Positions 51,561 through 64,000 of a stretch of 64,000 nt of DNA are shown here, in pieces. Origin of the DNA: Octopus vulgaris. Taxonomy: Eukaryota. Location: positions 77,810,001 through 77,874,000 of the forward strand of contig OX597814.1 of assembly GCA_951406725.2 (NCBI GenBank). The letters run 5' to 3'. The number at the start of each line of letters is the position of its first letter. Positions within the stretch are counted from its first letter, which is position 1. The notes under the pieces were generated by a model. That model made no database searches and was not told where the DNA came from. It saw nothing but the letters and a program-made list of their open reading frames with translations. The position numbers and the translations under genes were made by a program.

Positions 51561-54500
51561 CAACTATACTTTCAGATAATCCTTTGCCTGTAATATCTAT
51601 AACTGCTTTAGAGCTAACAAAATGTTCTTTTATTGAGCTGTCTCCTACAGCTAAAAGTCATTTAAATGAAATTGCTCCGTATGACATATCAGCAATAAGT
51701 CTGAAATACTTCACTGAAGATAAGTCTGAAATACCTCACCTCCACTCTCTCTGTAATGTGCACACATCCCTATGAAAAAATTATGTCCGAACCCACAGCA
51801 GAACTGGAGTACAGATTGCCAAATATGATGTAGACTTGCTCATTGAATATTCTAATTCTGTTTCTTTATAATGTTTACTGATTCAAGCACAAAGCCAGTA
51901 ATTTTAGGAGTAGGGCTCAGTTGATTCAGTCGTCCCCAGTACTTGACTGGCGATTTATTTTATCGATTCCAAAAGTATGAAAGGTAAAATCTTGGCGGAA
52001 TTTGAACTCATAACGTAAAGAACCGGAGCAAATACCAACGCTCTAACGATTCTGGCCATCCAATGCTTATTGTTTTTCATACTGGTTTCAAATTTTGACA
52101 CAAAACCAGCAATGTTAGGGAAGGGGTAAATCGATTACGTCGAATCAGTGTTCAAATGGTATTTATGTTATCAACTCCAAAGGATGAAAAGTAAAGTGAC
52201 TTTAGCGGAATTTGAAAGGTGACCTTGGCGGTATTTGAATTCGGAACGTAAAGAGCCGGAAAATTGCCGCGAAACATTTTGTTACATGTGCTATCAATCT
52301 TTCCAGCTCGCTGCCTTGTTTTCTTATAATAATAATAATGTGTTGAGTAAGTCACAAAATTTGAAGTAGTTCGATGGCTTCAGTTCTAATAGATATTTAG
52401 GGGGAAAATATGAAAGTCGGGTAGGATGCCTTGCAATTTTTGTTCTGACTCTTTGCGTTCCGAGTTCAAATCCCGCCATGGCCTACTTGATTAGTAGATC
52501 TAATCCGTCGCTCAGTTTAACACAACCACCTGTCACCTTGGATATTTTTAATGGAGTCCACTCTGCCGCAAACATTCGAACCAGATTTCCGGTCTGACAA
52601 TACATGTTTCCCTCCCCCCCTTCCAGAGGCCCTTTAACAAGCATTGCTTTCCCTTCTGACTAAGAAAACAAAATAACTTTTCAAATTTTTCTACACTTCA
52701 AGATGGTTTCTTGAGTTGCAAGTATAAATACACTGACTGCCTTAACCTACTTGAGACAGTATTTGTGTATTTTGAAGTGTGAAGTAATTCTGTAATCAGT
52801 TAAGTAGCTAATTTCTCAAATGGAAGAGGTTGATGAGGGGAGAAAATCAGCTCCAAATCCATTTTTCAAACATTTCCATTTGTTACAGATTTCAAAGTCT
52901 TCATGATGTGTATATGCCTTATACACACAGCATCCTATTTCTCAATAAACAAGGCCAGTAAATGCATCCACAATATTAGCAGTGGAATGGAATGGATTGA
53001 ATACGATCTGTTTGATACGTGGTGGTGTTTTACAAAAAGGCATATAGACCTATGATAAAGTGCACTCTGGTTATGGCATCTTGTCTTTTGTTCAAGCATA
53101 CTGTATTTAGGCTTATATTATCCAGTGTGTGTATGTGTTTTTTTAAGACGGCGGTGGATAGTTTAAAATGAACACTGAAACGATTTTGACGATAATGATG
53201 ATAATTATGATGACGAACACTGGTTGGCTTAAACAATTTTAAATAATTTCCCAGCATTTAAAAATATAGCAAATTGTCAGGTGATTGACGCTAAGGTGAC
53301 AAAATAACAAAAATTGAATAATTTCTAAAATTAGTTTCACATAATTATTTCTTTAAACTGAAAATTACAGCTCTTAGATGTTGTTTAGCAGCCAACAGGA
53401 AGTTTCATATCTATATCCTATCAATGATTCATGGCCAAAACATTTAACTCTCATCCGACCTATTACCTTTGTAAAGGTAAGTATTATGGGTGGTAAGTTA
53501 ACAGAAATCTGTAATTAATGAACGTGGCCGTCTCGAGTGAAAATTCTTCCAAAAAGTGTCACTTCTATATAGATGGCTTTTGTCAGTCTAACTTCATCCG
53601 GATATATTACACAATGACGAAATCTTTGCAAGACATTCTCTAAACTAATACAACCTCGTTAATTTTCTGTTTAGAATGAGATATGAAATATTAATTGTTC
53701 CAGTCGTAATCAAATCATCGTTTTTTACACCAAAGTTTATATTGTCCGACGTGTACCTCTTCTTTTAAGATAGTAAAATGTGATTTGAAAAAGATTTAAC
53801 TGCAATTTGTAGCAGGCTGTGCGATCACATAGATAATTCCTCGTTAATAGGCTCTTGAAAGAGAGCCTATTAAATAGAACGAACCATCGTATCTAAACAG
53901 GCATAAAAGGATAGTATTCTCAAAATACTATATGGTAACATGAATCAGTGTTCTCATGGAAGTGGGAATGGAGTTATGAGGATTGAAAATGTATGAGACA
54001 AATTGCTAGCTATGATCAATAAAATTAATTTGGCTTCCTACGTATTTTAGAAGTGTAACAGATGTGATTTCTTCTGAAGAACATGGTAAGCCACAGAATA
54101 TTGTTTTGTGTTGCATGTTAAGACATCATTACAAAAGAGTCGAAGATTAACTGTCAGTTCATTTAATAGCCTTGGGATATTAGTTATTGTTGTTGAAAAT
54201 AATATGACGTGAAGGTTTAGAAAATTTGAAATATCATGAAGACGGTAACTAATAACAAATTTAGGATTCCCGAGGTTATTTCTTCTTATGATATACAAAT
54301 CATTAGCAAAAGTTTTGGGCATGGAAATTAAAATTCTAAACTGCATCTAATACATGACTTCATTTGTATTGATTTATTATAAAAGAAGGAGAAATAGGAT
54401 AGCTAAAGCATCTCCATAAATGTCTGACAGTAGACTGTAATATACACAATGTAAGCTAAGGAATTTAACTATTTGAAATTACAGTCGCAACGATATGTTC

Positions 54501-55639
54501 AAAATAAAACAAAAGATGGCAGAGAATACAATACCAGATTTTAAATTAATTGAAATAAATTAAAAACAGGATTTAGTGAGGAGGCTTTTGATATTTAGTA
54601 GGTGTCTTTTACCGTTTAGTCGTTGAAGGAAGGGAAGTACCCATGACCTTTACTTTTTCAAGGCCTCCTAGACTGGTGAAGAAAAGGAAAAAAATGATCT
54701 TCAAACCGGAGTCCCGGCTCATGTGCTTGCAACAGAGTGAACTTCGCTAAAAGAAACTCTCCGATCAACCAAGGATCTGGTAGTGGTGTTAAACTGGGCG
54801 ACGGGTTAGGTCGGTCAGTCAAGAATCCAGAATGAAAAGAGACAGATAAAATACTACAAGACAGTAGCAATTCCGCCAATCCATTGTCCTGGACTAGAAC
54901 TTTATTTCATCGACCACGAAAGGTAGAATCCTCGGCAGAATTTGAATCAAGGGTGCAGTGAGTCAATATAAGTACTGCAGAACATTTTGTTATATGCTTT
55001 AACAACTCTGCCAATACGTAGCCTTAGTGATAAATCATTAAGCTAATTGTTTTCTTACTATAGAGAAAATTTGAACTAACATTTCTAGATTCACCACATT
55101 AAATTCATTAGTGCTCACTATTTGTTTTCATGCAGCAGTCATTTTGGGGTGTTCCATCATTCCCTCAAGTTGCTCTCACAATTTTTGTGCACTCTTCTAT
55201 GTTCTGAGTTCAGTTCTCCGGTGTCGATAAAATAGGTACAAGGCTTGACACACTTAGCTATATCCCTCATCTGTACTATTTGTGGATGGCTATCGGATCT
55301 TTTCGGTTTCACAAGCCAGATCCACTTCAATTGAAGATTTCTACACATATGTTGTTTTTCACGCTAATTACGAAAATCATAACCACATTTTATAGAAATT
55401 AAAATAAAAAAAGTTATGAACCATTAAATATTGTCATTTTCTTTTGAATTTCAGTTTGCCAGATGCTGTCATATTTGACACGCTGGAAGCTGGAATTACA
55501 ATATATTTGCATTACAAAGTAAGCGAATATATTGAAAGGAAACAAATTTAAACCAGCGTGGAAAACATGAAATTGAAAAAAATCACACTGAACGATCGAT
55601 TGGGATGAGACGATGTATTCCAGACAAGAAAGAGTGCTA

Positions 55640-56165
55640 CCGGATCAGCAGATTTTCGGCAGTGTGTGTCACAAGATTTGGTAGGTGATACCATGCCGCA
55701 ACGAAGACACACTTGAAGAATGTATCCATGAATCAGTTCTGCTTGGAACTACGATATATAATGACTTGTTTCATATCCGGCCCTGGGTTGATGAATTACT
55801 TCATCTACCACCTGAAAAGGAAGATAGGGCTGGAGAGAAAATGCCTGACTAAAAGAGTGTATGAAGAACGATGGAAGGATGTAGCACGGAAGTTGAGAAT
55901 GGATGACACCACATAAATGTAAATCAGAACGAAACCAAAAGTATCAGTGGTGAGGCGGGGCTCGTGGGGTCCGAGCTGAACCCGCCCCCACTCCACCTGT
56001 AATGTCTTCCGGTCTGTTTTTTTCATTCGATTTTATAATTTTTGCATTTTTGTGAATTTTTTGAATTTTTAATCTCATCCTTTTTGTAACCCCATCCGAG
56101 AATCTGACCCCACATCAGGTTGTATTGTCCCCTCTTTGTTGGCCCCTTGTGGGTAATAATAAAAC
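55640..56165 (+). mobile_element. Possible L1/Tx1-like LINE 3' end
   Basis: NYFIYHLKRKI..ERKCL..YEERW resembles an ORF2 C-terminus, followed by a UTR ending TAATAATAAAA. Confidence 0.45.
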
Positions 56166-58601
56166 AGATATATAATGACTTGTGGTAAGCCTATTCTCAT
56201 ATCTCAGAGATGCTAAGCTATGATTTTCGGTATAGAACGGTGAACCATGGCGTCAAACATAAGTTCATTTCTTTTGTTATATTTTTAGAATATTTTGTTC
56301 CATTTTCTTTCATTAAATATTTTTCATCATGAGAAAAATTTGTATGACGTTTATATTATGAATTTTTCGCAGAAAAACGAATATTAAAAAAAAAATTGTG
56401 GGGGAAAACAAACCCAAAACAAAATGTGAATGGACGCTTCATTTCCGACTCCCGGTGTGTCGAAAATGACTGCATCTGCTTAGCTAAAATTTCTTTACTT
56501 TTAATTCCTTCAAAAATATGGTTACTTCAAAAATATGGTTACTATTTTTGTAAGTACCATGGAAAAATTTCAAAGATTTCAGATCTTGTTTGAAAACGAG
56601 GATTCTCACCTTTCTTGTGTCTTCAGAATTATGTCTGTTGACTCCTCTAGATGGTAAATACGTGATGTGTTGTGTTTTACGTTGGATCTGAAATATCTTA
56701 GAAGGTAAGTATCGTGGGGGGAGGGGGCACATCATTATTTGAACTAGCATGTATGTAAACACTGATGTAAACTGAAAATTTGAAACGTTAAGTTCGACAG
56801 GTATCATGCTCATTGATATTTGATTTGCTATTGTTTAATCTGAGGCTAGACTTGATCGAACAAAACAATGGTTAAAAGCGTTCCAGCCGTGTCTTTTCAT
56901 TTTTTAATTTTATTTTAAAAAGTACAACGTCCAATGTGTCCTCTTTGTTAAGATGTAAAATGTGATTTGAAAGGGATCTGGCTACTATTTGTCGGAGCTT
57001 GTGTAAGGTAGATGATCCCTCGCTGGCTTGAAGCTTTCGAATTGATAGAACATGTTAAATAGAGCGTGTCGACGTAGCTAGAATAATATCACATAATAGG
57101 CAGGAATGGATTTGGCACTCAGTCAGCCTACAGTATTAAATTCTTTCGAGATTAATTAAGTTATATACAACACTTAACGAACGTCGAATAAAGTATTTTG
57201 TGATATTTAGTTACAGATTCATAAGTTCTGTGTTCAAATCACGCTGTGCTTAATTTTGCCTTTCAACCTTTCGAGCTCGATAAAATAAAGTACGAATTCT
57301 GAACTCGAGCTAAAACAGCTATACAGCTACCCTGATGCATCTGAAATTATAATAAAAGAATAAGACTAGGTTAGAGCACTGGAACAGTAAATAATCATAA
57401 GACAAAACAGCAAATTGGCAGAGTTATTAAAGCGTCGAATAGAATGTTTAGGGACATTCGTTCCAGATCTCTCAGCTCCGAGTTCCCATCCTCTGTTTCA
57501 TCCTCTCAAATTTCCACAATTGGGATATCTTTTGTCATCATCAGGAGAGAAGAGTTTGCAATTCCTTAAAGTAACTCCTGCAGTTTCTACGCGGGGCAAA
57601 GCTTCTCTAATATTTATTTCACTTGGCACACCTTTCCAGAAATTGTAAATTACAGAGGGTTTTCTTTAAGATTTTTTCCCTTTAATATATCTGGATACAT
57701 TAATTATTAGAAGTAGAAAAGTTCGATTTGCATTTTCTAAGATATTTTAGATCATAGTACATGGAATTGTTACCATTTTATTATAGTGAAAATCAACCAT
57801 AGAATGTGTATAGATTTGTTTACTATAGATTTAAGTATATAAAATTCGATTAGATTTTTTTAAATAGTTTGGTTATCAGAAAAGATAAATTAGATTTTCA
57901 AATATCTTCCATGACTTACATTCTTGGAATAAAATTGATGATCATAACAAAATCAAGAAAAGTTAGTCGAAAATGACAAATCTTGAAGAAAAGAAACCAT
58001 TTATGTCTGATTGGAAACAAAGTAATGTTTGAGCAAGCATTTAACTTTATGGTGTCCTATTTCGTAAGCAAGAATTCATCAGTCTTGTCAACAGAAATAT
58101 ATTTGTACATTGAGTTTCAACAGCTTCCCTTTTGTAAAGAAATAACTTGGGAAACATTTTTCTCTCAATAAAATAGTTTCTGAGATAGATATCTGATGTA
58201 CACATCCACCAAAATGTTTATGAAAAGTCTGATTTACTTTCTCTACAGCAATCTTCAAGGTTCTCTGGTGATCAGAAATTGTAATCGAAATTTCTGTTAA
58301 TCACACAGCTATCAATTTTCCAGGTCTAACTACAACCAATTTTGTTTTCCAGAAAAAAAAAGAGCCAAAGAAAGTATCTACTCCGGTCAGTCACTCTGGA
58401 ACTTATTTCATATTCTAAGAAATACAGTCAAATCCTTGTAACATTTACAACACGTCGAAGATATATTAAAAAATCAAAGCATTCATATACTTAGAGGACT
58501 CATAGATGCTGTTGTCTTTATTGTGTTTCGGTGACACGATGATAGAAACCAATAAAATTAACTAAGATATTAACTACTCTCAATATAATTTTCTTAGCAT
58601 G

Positions 58602-58715
<114 letters not shown>

Positions 58716-60670
58716 AGCAGCACCATCACCAGCACGACCACCTCCAACAAACAGAAAAAAAAAACATGAACTTGAGAATTCTAAAGCACTTGTCATCTCA
58801 GCTAATCTTTGCTTTAAATAAAATGCTCATATTTTATCGTCTCGAAATAGATATTTATCAATTAAGAAAATAATATTGACCTCAAATTTTGGCACAAGGA
58901 CAGCATTTTTTTGGAGGGAAAGGGTAAGTCGATTACATCGACTCCAGTGTTTAAATGGAACTTATTTTATCGACCCCGAAAGGATGAAAGGCAAAGTCGA
59001 CCTCGGTGAAATTTGAGCTCAGAACACAAGGACTGACGAAATGCTGCTAATAATTTTGCCCGGCGTGAAAACGATTCTGCCAACTCGCCGCCTTGATGCT
59101 ATCAAATATCAAAAAAACAAAATATATCTCTGAATTGCACAATATTCTTTCGGCATTCATTGAGTAGTTTGTTCTGCGCTCAGTATTACGCTTAAACGTT
59201 TATTAAGCCTTTATACATTTTATTTGCAAAAATTCTGGATTGTTGAATATTATCTGATATTTGTCATGGTTAGGATGTTGCACTCACGATCGCTAGACCG
59301 TGGGTTCGATTCGCTGACTGGGCAGTGCGTTGTGTTCTTGAGCAAAACACTCCATTTCACATTGCTCCAGTCCGCCTTCGATCAAGGGGGATTGTTGGCC
59401 TGCTCGCTTAGCCAGCGCGGTGGCGTCATTTGAAGGTTTAAAACAATGCAAAAAAACGCATTGTGGCCAGCAATGTGTAACAACATCTGAGAGCCTGGTC
59501 GGTCACGTGATCAGTTTATAAAAAGTGCTGAAAACGATAATTCCATATCGCTAACATGTACTTTCTGTTTGTTCTACATTATTTTGCATGAAAACATAAT
59601 GTGTGTGGCATACAACAATTGTTTAAACGTCTTTCAGCATGACACTGGCGTGGCTGTGTGGTCAGGAGGTTGCTTCCCAACCACATGGTTCCTGGTTCAG
59701 TGCCGCCGTGTGGCACCTTGGGCAAGTGTCCTCGACAATTCCACCGGGTCGACTAAAGCCTAGTGAGTGGATTTAGTAAGCGCAAACTGATGAATGCTCG
59801 TCTTATATATGTGTGTGTGTGCGCGCGCGCGTTTATGCGTACGTGTGTGTGCATGTGTGTGTGTGTGTGTGTGTGTTTGCGAGTGTTTGTGCGTATGAGT
59901 GTGCGTGAGTGTATGTGTGCGTGCGCGCATGTGTGTTTGCGCTTACTCCATACACTACTTGACAACCGGTGTCGCTTTGTTTACGTCTTCGTAACTTAGC
60001 GATAAAATAAGTAACAGTTGAGCATTGGGGTCAATGTAATCGACTTACTCCCTACCTGAACTTGCTCGCCTTGTGCCAAAATTTGAAATCCTTATTACAA
60101 ACATGACTGAAAGTTATCTCGCTCTAGTTTCCGAGATCGATACTCCTCGTAATGTTATGCTTACTGCTTACTTAGATCTCTGAATATCACTGTATTATGT
60201 CATTCGCACTGTATTACTTGACTTGAGAAGGTCGAATCAGTATTTGGTATTTCTGACAAAGTATTGGGGGTTTTCGAAATTTGCCTGTCTCAACATAAGT
60301 AATGCGTTAAGCTAGGATAAAAGAAAAAAATCAACTGGTTACTTGTAACTTACAGAGTGTCTCTGATCACTGTGATTGGGCCACTTCTTTTTATTTGATT
60401 TATAAATGATATTAACAAATGTAAATTTAAACATTTGTACTGATGTCGAAATGCAAATGAAGCGTAAAATTATTTCTCATGTAGCCTTACTTTGAAAATG
60501 ACTTTGACTAGGTTGAAATCGTAAACACACACATGCACAGACAGACAGACAGACAGATACACATACTCACACATATTAAAGGAAAAGGAAAAGAAAACGT
60601 ATCTCAGGTCATTTAGAATATTTAATTAGAGTAAGGTGAATAAAAAAAAAGAGAAGTAGAAGTAATTAAT

Positions 60671-60737
60671 GTCTTATAACTGTTTCTAGGATATCCCAGG
60701 TAATGGGTCAACATCCTCATATTCTGTCATCAGAGAC
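60671..60737 (-). ncRNA. Hammerhead-like motif with canonical CUGAUGA core, partly decayed
   Basis: Minus strand reads GTCT-CTGATGA-CAGAATAT..ATATCCTA-GAAAC-AGTT-ATA-AGAC. Stems II and III contain mismatches. Confidence 0.5.
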
Positions 60738-61191
60738 AAGGAGTGTATGCAGGAAAGTTCATTGTATATAGAAGAATAAAGATAGAAAAATATAGCTCAT
60801 AGTTCATCGTTTTCTGAAGACTATGGCGGTTTGTCCGTATTTCCGTGAAGGTATAGCCCCTTAAATCCCAGGTAAATCCAAGCAGTATTTTGTGCGATGC
60901 ATTCAGAATGAAGGCATAGGTCTAGCAGTTAGTGTGTAAGAAAAATGATCCGCATGGGTATATAATATGAGAGAGACAGTTCAGAAATATTCTAAATGAC
61001 CAAAGATGTTTGTCCTGCCTTAGTTTTATTTTCTTTTACCTATAATATATACCTGCTGACTCGGAAGCCTACTACATATCCCTAGCTCCAGCCTCAGCTG
61101 TGAGCTTGGAATCTAACGGATGACCAATTATAGCACTTACGTAGCGTACCTATTGGTTTAGATTATCAGTGAATTAAGCCACCACCATATT

Positions 61192-61259
<68 letters not shown>

Positions 61260-61299
61260 ATATAATGAAATTATTGTATACAGTGCTCAGGTGCGCCAC

Positions 61300-61899
61300 A
61301 ACTTGTTAGAAAGTGCATATAAAGTACATGCAGTAATGTAGAAATGTCTGGAAAGCGAACAATGTATGAGTCAGATACATGCTTGTGTGTGTATGGAGGG
61401 GAGAAAATCAAGTGTAGTGTTGGCGAATCTCAGGAAGCATGGAAGTTTTGAAGGATGCAGTGCTCCGACAACTAACAACTGATGCCGGCAGTTTGTTCCA
61501 TGCTTCAGCAACTCTCAGCGTGAAAAAATGTTTCCTGAAGTCATGGGAGCTGTGCTGTTTTCTTACTTTGTAAATATGTCCACGGGTGTTAGATGGGTGG
61601 AGTTTGAAAAGGTGCTCAGAGTTATTGTTTGTACGATGGTTGATAATTTTATGGGTGTCTGCCAAGTCAGCTGCCAGATGTCGGAGTTTCAATGTGTCCA
61701 TGCCCAGGGAAGTAAGGCGTTCAGGATATGGCAAATGCCTGATGGAGGGTATTCTTTTGGTTGCACGTCGCTGAACAGCTTCCAGACGATTGATATCCTG
61801 GGCAAGATAGGGGTTCCAGACCGGTGATGCAAATTCCAGGTGAGGTCTTACCATAGCTATATAAAGCCGGAGATAGATAGCCGGAGAGCGGCTCACCAA
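61300..61899 (-). mobile_element. CR1-group LINE 3' fragment
   Basis: LYIAMVRPHLEFASPVWNPY..LEAVQRRATK..YPERL..TRGH..FFTLRV..WNKLP. Confidence 0.9.
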
Positions 61900-61907
61900 G
61901 GATTTGG

Positions 61908-61953
<46 letters not shown>

Positions 61954-62036
61954 TCAGTAAATCATAAATTCGAATGAGAAGCACACTCTAAGTTACAGAG
62001 CAGTAGAGTAACCGGCCATAACTATCTTTATGGAAT

Positions 62037-62086
<50 letters not shown>

Positions 62087-62089
<3 letters not shown>

Positions 62090-62483
62090 GCAGTATCGCC
62101 CGGCGTTGCTCGGGTTTGTAAGGGAAATAACTATATAAGCACTTTTAGAGATGTAAAGTATAATAGCCATCTCAATATGGTTAACCACAAAGGGGGTGGT
62201 GGTGTTACTGTAGCTTTTTACGTTCTGAGATTTAATAATAAACTTTTAGAGAGTTACTTCCCTTATATATGCCAAAAATGCATTAAAATGGGAAAAATTG
62301 ATGGTAAATTGTTTTTAAAATCGTAGACTCATCGTAGACGCGCGCTAATACCCAGAAGGGCTCGATATGAATCACGACTATAAGATACCCGGTTTTGGTT
62401 AAACTGCACCGCAAAATGTGGGAGTAGTTAGGAATCTAAATCGTAGGAGACAGACAGCACACAACCTTACTTATATATAAAGA
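62087..62483 (-). mobile_element. Non-autonomous Helitron, second copy of 4663-5058
   Basis: Same termini and a highly similar interior. Confidence 0.85.
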
Positions 62484-62508
62484 TATATATATATATATAT
62501 ACTATCTA

Positions 62509-62555
<47 letters not shown>

Positions 62556-62655
62556 ACAAGGGGTGAAATTAATTAATTAAGAAATAATCAGTAATTTCAC
62601 CAAGTAGAATTCGGCATGAAAAGGACCATTTCATGGTAAGTTTAAGTAATACTAT

Positions 62656-63327
<672 letters not shown>

Positions 63328-63599
63328 AACGTTTTTGCAAACACAGCAACATCTGTTGTCAAGTCGCTGCGTGAGAAGGAGAAAGCATACACACACGATG
63401 GGCTTCTTTCAGTATCCGTCTACCAAATCCACTTACAAGACTTTGGTCGGCCTGAGTCTATAGTAGAAAATATTTGCCAAGATGTCACACAGTGGGACTG
63501 AATCTAGAACCATGTGTTTAGGAAACAAACTTCTTATCACATATAAAACGTAAAGCTGCTTCCCGAGTCATATAGATTCACAGGACCAGTTTTTCAGGG

Positions 63600-63675
<76 letters not shown>

Positions 63676-63701
63676 CAATATGTTACATTACTCGGTAGTC
63701 A

Positions 63702-63764
63702 AGATAAAACTCTGAGTTTCAGATGCCGAAGTGGAAATCCACAACACCATCTCTTCGGTTATCT
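63702..63764 (-). ncRNA. Second, identical copy of the U4C hammerhead candidate
   Basis: Sequence identical by eye to 28365-28427, again next to (TA)n. Confidence 0.55.
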
Positions 63765-64000
63765 GGCTATTTGAAAACGTTATGAAAAAATACCGTTAAA
63801 AATGAAGGGAAATTACTCTGTTATAACTCTGCTTTGCCTGCGTACTTATACATCGCTCGCATTTTTCGTCATAAAAATTATATAAAAATACATAAAAATA
63901 TATAAAAATATATAAAAATATATAAAATCTTCTTGGGACATAACACAGAAAGCATGTTCTATCCGTTTTCTTTAGGGGACCAAAAACGTAACAGAAATTT

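Noticed and set aside
61109-61165. CGGATGA between two stems as a hammerhead variant (similar CGGATGA at ~21124)
   Set aside because: No GAAA or stem III follows.

Overview
AT-rich, microsatellite-dense metazoan genomic DNA. The SINE/RTE repertoire and (TA)n/(CA)n density suggest an octopus or other cephalopod, but this is an inference. One host gene is well supported: the last seven coding exons of a CEP162 orthologue (+ strand, 3143-23359, GT-AG introns with consistent phases). Most of the rest is transposon-derived. It includes a 6.5 kb Helitron with both termini whose Rep-helicase frame is broken only by frameshifts, several non-autonomous Helitrons, three Tc1/mariner copies, a piggyBac deletion derivative and two hAT relics. 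It also includes RTE, R4-like, HERO-like, CR1 and L1/Tx1-like LINE fragments, a Penelope-like RT+GIY-YIG element, a probable LTR with a tRNA-Trp PBS, MITEs and tRNA-derived SINEs. The most unusual signal is a set of short (TA)n-anchored repeats, often folded back on themselves, that carry minimal type I hammerhead-ribozyme folds. Their cores are non-canonical: a G3:C8 compensatory swap (GUGAACA) and a U4C variant (CCGAAGA) present in two identical copies. These folds were made by eye and their activity is untested.
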